NCBI GenBank assembly: GCA_027491395.1
Contig: JAOZFI010000014.1
Span: forward strand, 1 to 19,149
DNA: 19,149 bases
Source of the DNA: Thermoproteota archaeon
GTDB taxonomy: Archaea; Korarchaeota; Korarchaeia; Korarchaeales; Korarchaeaceae
Direction of reading: 5' to 3'
The position numbers and the translations under genes were made by a program. The notes under the pieces were generated by a model. It did not search any database, was not told the origin of the DNA, and saw nothing but the letters and a program-made list of their open reading frames with translations. Below are positions 13,659 through 19,149 of this stretch, in pieces. The first letter of the stretch is position 1. Each line of letters opens with the position of its first letter.

Positions 13659-16289
13659 ATGAGAAGATCCTTCCTGATAGGCCTTCTATTGAGTCTCCTC
13701 ATGGCTACAGCCTATATCAGCTACGCCTACTGGGAGATGTCGTCAGGAAAGTACAGAGGAGATGATTACTACGTGAGTGACGAGGTGTGGTACGCCACCT
13801 CGGCCAGGAACTTATTGAAAGAGGTGTTTGGCGTCAATGCAAAGTATGTGAGGGAGGGTTACGCTTACGCGACTCTCGTCTTCACATCCAACGAGTTCTT
13901 GGAGGAGCACCTGAGCGATGTTGTGAGGTGCCTCTCCGAGCTTGACGGGAGCGTGGTGAGGGCCAACTACACGGAGACGGGGGACAAGGTCCCCCTTCTC
14001 TGGGTGAGGGTGCCGGAATCCAACCTATCAAAGCTTGAGGGATGTGGGGGAGCCATAGAGGTGATACCAGGTTTCGAGTATCCTTCGAAGAAGGGCATCC
14101 ATGACTACCTGAATCTGGAGCACCCTCCCCTGGGGAAGTACCTGATAATGGCCTCGATTATCCTGTTCGGAGATGAACCGATGAGCTGGAGGCTCCCAGG
14201 TTTAATTGAAGGCTTCATCATGGTTATCCTCGTTTACCTGATAGGAAGCAGGTTGCTCAATCCCTTCTGGGGGGTCGTGGCATCCCTCGCCCTAGTGCTC
14301 GATCCCATGTTCGTGTCAATGAGCATGGTGGCCATGCTAGACATACACCTAGCCTTCTTCACGACTCTCGCCCTCCTGCTAGTGGTGTACGATAGGCCAC
14401 TGGCGGCCTCGGTCGCTGGATGGCTCGCATTCTCCGTAAAATTCAGCGGGCTGTTCGTTGTCCTAGCCGTTTACCTCTATCTCAGGATATACAGGGGGAA
14501 GAGGGTTCTTCCCTCCTTGGTCAAGGCTCTAGCGCCGGCCGTAACGTACATCCTCATTTCCATCCCAGTAATCTCCTACTTGGGAGTGGATAGGTGGATT
14601 ATTGAGAACCTTAATGCCGCGGCATGGCACACAACGAGCAGGGGAAGTGGACCTACCCCCTCTCCTCCGTGGGGGTGGTTCTTTAACCTAGCACCGATGG
14701 CCCTCCATTACAATCCCGACCTCATAGCCAGAGTGAACCTTGTGTCCTACGCGTTCGTGTTCGCGTTCTCCTTCATACTGCTTCCGGCCCTCCTAGAGAG
14801 GAGGAGAGAATACATACCCATGCTGTTCGTCGGTTCCATCGTATTGGGCTATACTGCCGTGTTCTTGAAGGGCAACAGGACCCTTTACAGCTTCTACGCG
14901 GTACAGCTGTCCTCAGCTGTAGCCGTCTCGTTCTCGGTGATCGTGGCCTACCTCTCCCTCTGGGAGGGCGAGGTTAACAGGTACCTCAGCGAGGGATGGA
15001 AGAGGATCTCGAGGGCGCTGCTCGGTGAGGGACTGAAGTTACCTGAGGAGCTGTCCTTCCTGAGACCCCTCCTAGCCATGGATACGAGGAGCCTCTCCCT
15101 CTCCCTTGGAATCCTAACGGCTGCGTTCTCCTCCCTCGTCCTCTATTACATGGCCTTTATGCCCACCAGCCCGGCTGCGCTCCTCGGGCTGGACGATATT
15201 GGCCTCTCCAACGTGCTTACCCACTACCTCACCGAGTCTTCATCCGAGTTATGGATAAGGGGAGCGGCCTACGGGACGGTCGTAATGCTCTCCTCCCTGA
15301 TAATCCTCTTAGACCTTTACGAGGGAAGTGGGGGCCTCACTTACGCGCCTCTCCTAGCCGTGTTGCTCCTCTCCTCATCCGACTGGACAATGCTGGCAGT
15401 GGCTCTTGCTATGGACTCGATGATGCTGGCTAGAAGGGGAAGGCGCCTGTCCTCCTCGGTCCTGTTAGGGATCTCGGGTGCCGTGAATCCGCTCACCCTG
15501 ACCGCGGCCCCTTTGGTCATCTCGATGAACGGGCGTATCTACGCGCTCGGGGTACTAGCTGGACTGATCCTACCCATGCTTATCCCGGGATCGATCCACT
15601 GGCCCTCTGACGTGACCGGGGGATTGTTGAGACCCCTACTCGGTGAATACTCCCTTTTAGCAGGTCTCATTGCTGCTCTTATAACCATTCTCATCTGGAG
15701 GGACGAGAGAGAGACTACGGTCATCTCAGCTGGGGTCTTTCTTTTAATTGCCGGTGGAAGGCCCTACTGGTCCCTCATACCCCTCTTCATGGTATCGATG
15801 ATGGGTGGAGGACCCGGGCTGGCCCTGATGGAGCTGGCCGCCTCAATCCCGGTTCTGTCCTGGGTCACTCCCAAGCTGATAAGTGGGCCCCTATTCAAGT
15901 GTGATCCGGCAGGACCCGCTGATCCCTGTTCTGATCCCTTCATCGCGCTGACTCTCCTCTCCCTCGCCCTCGTCTACTGGGGAGTGAGGAGAATACTACT
16001 GAGGAGAGGTTATCACAGGTATGCGGGCGAGGGGCTCAATTCTCCTAGCGAGGTAACGGAAGGTGACGGCGAACATACTCACTCCCCTATTTTCGGCCTC
16101 TCTGAGGACTTCAGCGAACTTGGGATCGGTCCAAGCGTTTGGGATGAGGAACTCGGCGTCCGGCCGCATCACGAGGAAGAGAACGGCCGCGCTATATCCT
16201 TCATCGACGGCCCGGATCAGGTTCAGCACATGCCTCCTCCCTCTCTCGGTGGGGGCATCCGGGAACAGGGCCGTGCCGTTCCTGACTAG
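13659..16289 (+). CDS. PMT/GT39-like multi-pass glycosyltransferase with an extended C-terminal membrane region
   Basis: SDEVWY (DE motif), NLEHPPLGKY, WRLP, MLD and KFSG, with many TM helices. The last ~97 codons overlap sfsA in antisense. Confidence 0.85.
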   Translation: MRRSFLIGLLLSLLMATAYISYAYWEMSSGKYRGDDYYVSDEVWYATSARNLLKEVFGVNAKYVREGYAYATLVFTSNEFLEEHLSDVVRCLSELDGSVVRANYTETGDKVPLLWVRVPESNLSKLEGCGGAIEVIPGFEYPSKKGIHDYLNLEHPPLGKYLIMASIILFGDEPMSWRLPGLIEGFIMVILVYLIGSRLLNPFWGVVASLALVLDPMFVSMSMVAMLDIHLAFFTTLALLLVVYDRPLAASVAGWLAFSVKFSGLFVVLAVYLYLRIYRGKRVLPSLVKALAPAVTYILISIPVISYLGVDRWIIENLNAAAWHTTSRGSGPTPSPPWGWFFNLAPMALHYNPDLIARVNLVSYAFVFAFSFILLPALLERRREYIPMLFVGSIVLGYTAVFLKGNRTLYSFYAVQLSSAVAVSFSVIVAYLSLWEGEVNRYLSEGWKRISRALLGEGLKLPEELSFLRPLLAMDTRSLSLSLGILTAAFSSLVLYYMAFMPTSPAALLGLDDIGLSNVLTHYLTESSSELWIRGAAYGTVVMLSSLIILLDLYEGSGGLTYAPLLAVLLLSSSDWTMLAVALAMDSMMLARRGRRLSSSVLLGISGAVNPLTLTAAPLVISMNGRIYALGVLAGLILPMLIPGSIHWPSDVTGGLLRPLLGEYSLLAGLIAALITILIWRDERETTVISAGVFLLIAGGRPYWSLIPLFMVSMMGGGPGLALMELAASIPVLSWVTPKLISGPLFKCDPAGPADPCSDPFIALTLLSLALVYWGVRRILLRRGYHRYAGEGLNSPSEVTEGDGEHTHSPIFGLSEDFSELGIGPSVWDEELGVRPHHEEENGRAISFIDGPDQVQHMPPPSLGGGIREQGRAVPD

Positions 16290-16694
16290 CGTGCACCCCT
16301 TCACCTCAAGATAGAGGACCCTCTCCGGATATTCCAGCATGAAATCCACCCTGCTGTCCCCGTACTTCACTTCCCTCCTCATCGAGACGAAGCCTTGGAG
16401 CTCTGGTAAGAATCCTGAAGCCAGCAGCTCGGTAGCTAGCTCCGAATGGAGGCCGGAATTGACGACAGTCCACACCTTGCCGTCCCACACCAAGAGGACC
16501 TCGCAATCAGTTTTTCTCCCGGGGTTGGATCTCTCTAAGAAGACGACTGGAGCTCCCTTCACGAACAGTTCGGTGAGTCTCCCCGGGTCCCTTACATGGC
16601 ATCTCCTCATCCCCTCTAGCGTGTCCAAGACTGCTAAGAAACGATTGGGCCTCTCGAGGAACTTACCAGATCCAAGTTTGCCTTTTATTAACAT
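15996..16694 (-). CDS. sfsA: SfsA-family PD-(D/E)xK nuclease (sugar fermentation stimulation protein)
   Basis: Motifs RPNRF, DPGRL.EL, EVKYGDSRVDF, EVKGCTL and FPDAPTERGRRH. ATG 16694 preferred over the track start. Confidence 0.95.
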   Translation of the reverse strand: MLIKGKLGSGKFLERPNRFLAVLDTLEGMRRCHVRDPGRLTELFVKGAPVVFLERSNPGRKTDCEVLLVWDGKVWTVVNSGLHSELATELLASGFLPELQGFVSMRREVKYGDSRVDFMLEYPERVLYLEVKGCTLVRNGTALFPDAPTERGRRHVLNLIRAVDEGYSAAVLFLVMRPDAEFLIPNAWTDPKFAEVLREAENRGVSMFAVTFRYLARRIEPLARIPVITSPQ

Positions 16695-16753
16695 ACGGGC
16701 CCCTATGCTACCAACATTTTTATGAATTCTCCGCCTCAAGGCGTGTGAGTCCC

Positions 16754-17938
16754 ATGAGCTGGTTCAAGAGGGAGATAGCGGAGGGGGTTACCCTCGTTAG
16801 GATCCTGAACACGAAGCTTCCAAGGTTCGAGAACTTCTGGCCCATCCCCAACGGAACATCATACAACTTCTATGTGGTGGAGGGGAGTGAGGGAGCTGCC
16901 CTCATAGATGGAGCCGATTTCAGATTCTCCAAGGAGTTTTTCGAGGCCCTCGAGAGCGTGATCAGGATCGAGGATCTGAGGTACGTGATCACTCAGCACA
17001 CCGAGCCGGACCATTCTGGCACCCTGGCGGAGGTCATGAGGAGGGCGGGGGAGGCGGTTCTCTTGGGAACTAAGCAAGCCCTCAGCATAGGTGAAGCGCT
17101 AGCCGATTTCCCCATGGACAGGGCCAGGGAGGTGAGGGACGGTGACGAGATCAGCTTGGGGAACAAGACACTGCGCTTCGTCCTTTCTCCCATGGTCCAC
17201 TGGCCCGATACGATGCTCACCTACCTAGTGGAGGACTTCATCCTGTTCACGTGCGACCTGTTCGGTTCTCACGGTGCCAGTGAAAAGGTCTTCTACGATG
17301 AGGCTCCCGACTCCTTCGAGTTACTGGATTACTATGCCTCCATACTTATGCCCTATCACGCAATGGCTGCGAAGGCCGTTGCTAAGGTCAGAGAGCTGAA
17401 TCCCAAGATAGTAGCTCCATCCCACGGAGCCCTCCACAGGGAAATCGAGGGACTGCTGAGCACGTACGAGAGTTGGACCTCCTGGAAGCCGCTTAAGAAG
17501 GCTCTGGTCGTGGTAGGAAGCCAGTACGAGAATACGGCAAGAGCGGCCGAGGCGGCAGCTGAGGGGTTGAGGGATATCGGCCTCGAGGTAGCTTTAATGG
17601 ACAGCGCGGAGACCGACCCAGATGACCTGCTCGCCCACACGCTGGAGGCTGCCGCGATACTCGTAGCTACTTCGACGCACAACGGTCACCCCTTCCTAGG
17701 CATCACCTTTTACTTGGACCTCCTCAGGGAGTACAGACCCAAGAACAAAGTAGCAGCGGTGCTCGGGTCCTTCGGGTGGGGAGGAGGCGGTACTAGGGCC
17801 GTCAAGAAGGAGCTGGAGGCTCTGGGCATACCTGTGGTGGATGAGCTGGCGTTCAAGGGTAAACCCAAGGAGAGCGATCTCAGCAGGGCCAAGGAGCTAG
17901 GTAAGAGACTTGGAGAGGAGGCGTTGAAGCTCCTGTAA
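16754..17938 (+). CDS. fprA: Flavodiiron protein (FprA; O2/NO reductase)
   Basis: Metallo-beta-lactamase diiron ligands HTEPDH, HWPD, CDLFG and PSHG, followed by a flavodoxin domain (SQYENT, GSFGWGG). Confidence 0.93.
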   Translation: MSWFKREIAEGVTLVRILNTKLPRFENFWPIPNGTSYNFYVVEGSEGAALIDGADFRFSKEFFEALESVIRIEDLRYVITQHTEPDHSGTLAEVMRRAGEAVLLGTKQALSIGEALADFPMDRAREVRDGDEISLGNKTLRFVLSPMVHWPDTMLTYLVEDFILFTCDLFGSHGASEKVFYDEAPDSFELLDYYASILMPYHAMAAKAVAKVRELNPKIVAPSHGALHREIEGLLSTYESWTSWKPLKKALVVVGSQYENTARAAEAAAEGLRDIGLEVALMDSAETDPDDLLAHTLEAAAILVATSTHNGHPFLGITFYLDLLREYRPKNKVAAVLGSFGWGGGGTRAVKKELEALGIPVVDELAFKGKPKESDLSRAKELGKRLGEEALKLL

Positions 17939-17947
17939 GCGCTACAG

Positions 17948-18952
17948 GTGATCCAAGTAGCCGGTAGCCGAGACGCCCTATCCTACCTCAAGCTGGCTAG
18001 GAAGCTGAGCGCCCTAGCCGTATTAGGCAGTTTCGCCTACATCGGCGTGGGGTTGCTCTCCCTCCCGCTGAGGTGGTACCAGGTCCACATGCACTTCATG
18101 GGGATGGGCGTGGTCTCGTTCGCCGCCGGCGTCAACATCTCGTTCTGGACCTCGGTGACGAGGAGGCGAGGCTCGGTTCTAGCGGCCCTCCTTCACTTCC
18201 TCTCGCTGCTCTTCCTGCCGCTCGGCTCGCTGCTGGGATGGGGAACCGTTACGATTGCCTTCGTCTCCCTCACTGGTCTCTTATTCCTCATCCCATTGAG
18301 GAAAAGGTCCTTGATCTATCTGCTGGAGTTGTATTCCTTCCTCTCCCTCCTCTCCACGGCCCTCAGTAGCTATCGAGGAATGGAAGTTTGGATCACGACT
18401 GTGGAGTGGGCTTATCCGGTGCCCCTCATATACGCGGTAACCCTTCACGCCCTCCCCAAGACCTACAGATACCGGGCCAGCTTACCCCTCACCATCCTAA
18501 TGACCGCTCTTCACGCGCTCGCGCTCTCTGGATTTGGCCCGAGCAGGCACCTGATGTGGGCGAGCATGCTCTCCTACCTAGGGGCAGCTAGGCTGGATTT
18601 GGCGCTTCGCGGGTTGAGATCCGTCAGGGTGAGGGAGGCCCTGCCGGCTCACCGCTACCTCATAGCGGGCTACCTCCTCCTCATTCCCCTGCTGATCCTG
18701 TCGTGGTTTATGCCCGTGAACTCGTTAGGCCTATTGCACATTCTCCTATTGGGTTTTGTAGGCCTCCACATATATGCCCATGCTCCAATGATGATCCCCG
18801 TTCTCCTTGGGATTAGGAACGCGAAGAGGTTCAACTACCCGGCCCTCATCCTGCTGTTGCTGGCTGCCCTCTCTTGGCCATTCAACAGGGACATAGCCCT
18901 TTACTTCCTCTCGGGAGGCCTCTTCCTAGTCGTCTACATAGTGAAGCCCTAG
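17948..18952 (+). CDS. Multi-pass membrane protein, possibly NnrS-like
   Basis: About 11-12 hydrophobic segments with intramembrane His motifs (HMHFMGMG, LHILLLGF, HIYAHAP); lies 9 nt downstream of fprA. Confidence 0.6.
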   Translation: MIQVAGSRDALSYLKLARKLSALAVLGSFAYIGVGLLSLPLRWYQVHMHFMGMGVVSFAAGVNISFWTSVTRRRGSVLAALLHFLSLLFLPLGSLLGWGTVTIAFVSLTGLLFLIPLRKRSLIYLLELYSFLSLLSTALSSYRGMEVWITTVEWAYPVPLIYAVTLHALPKTYRYRASLPLTILMTALHALALSGFGPSRHLMWASMLSYLGAARLDLALRGLRSVRVREALPAHRYLIAGYLLLIPLLILSWFMPVNSLGLLHILLLGFVGLHIYAHAPMMIPVLLGIRNAKRFNYPALILLLLAALSWPFNRDIALYFLSGGLFLVVYIVKP

Positions 18953-18995
18953 AAAAGAAGTGAAGTTGAATTTGATACTGACTCCAAAAAAGGGA
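18953..18995 (-). terminator. Possible U-rich terminator between convergent genes
   Basis: Minus strand reads TTCCCTTTTTT...CTTCTTTT downstream of the stop at 19028. Confidence 0.4.
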
Positions 18996-19027
18996 ATGAT
19001 TGCGAGGGGTCGAAGGGAACAGAACGA

Positions 19028-19149
19028 TCAGGAGAAGGTTATCTTCCTGTCTTTGAGGCTCCTGTTCAGCAGATCGGCGTGTTCTAGGGTCACCTGATAC
19101 TCTGCCAGTTTCGTCAGCTCGAGGGACGGGATGGTCACCTTGTTCACAT
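19028..19149 (-). CDS. C-terminal end of an unidentified CDS entering from the right edge
   Basis: Open frame VNKVTIPSLELTKLAEYQVTLEHADLLNRSLKDRKITFS*, with TGA at 19030-19028. Confidence 0.55.
   Translation of the reverse strand, partial: VNKVTIPSLELTKLAEYQVTLEHADLLNRSLKDRKITFS

Noticed and set aside
10192-16694. DUF123 and SfsA nucleases (with TatD and EndoV elsewhere) as a defence island
   Set aside because: All are widespread stand-alone archaeal genes, dispersed among housekeeping genes. No repeats, methylases or cas genes are present.
1786-18591. Numerous 60-140 aa alternative-frame and antisense ORFs in the track
   Set aside because: Each lies within a longer, better-supported gene and has no motif of its own; such ORFs are expected in GC-rich DNA.
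18959-19027. Possible box C/D sRNA (GTGAAGT...CTGA...ATGATT...TCGA)
   Set aside because: Three of the four boxes are degenerate, spacing is irregular and no target was identified. Better explained as a terminator region.

Overview
Gene-dense, GC-rich housekeeping region of an archaeon. It is probably thermophilic, and Korarchaeota-like affinity is inferred only from the ATL-EndoV fusion. No mobile element or CRISPR array is visible. In order, it holds: the 5' part of argS; an ATL-endonuclease V fusion; a degenerate polysaccharide-deacetylase-like gene; a tRNA-Trp(CCA) with two introns that the ORF track misses; a TtuA/Ncs6-like thiolase-TatD-Trm5a operon; a wHTH-glutaredoxin-GGR-rhomboid operon; archaemetzincin; a HAD-IIA phosphatase; a DUF123 nuclease; an RbgA-like GTPase; an HDAC-family deacetylase; a Dol-P-Man synthase plus a PMT-like GT-C; sfsA; a flavodiiron protein; and an NnrS-like membrane protein. 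The standout is the tRNA-Trp. Its D-loop intron and anticodon intron can base-pair with each other (8 bp) to assemble a box C/D kink-turn whose D+5 guide falls exactly on wobble C34. This looks like a methylation guide split between two introns, mutually exclusive with the splicing fold. Two genes also appear to start at CTG.
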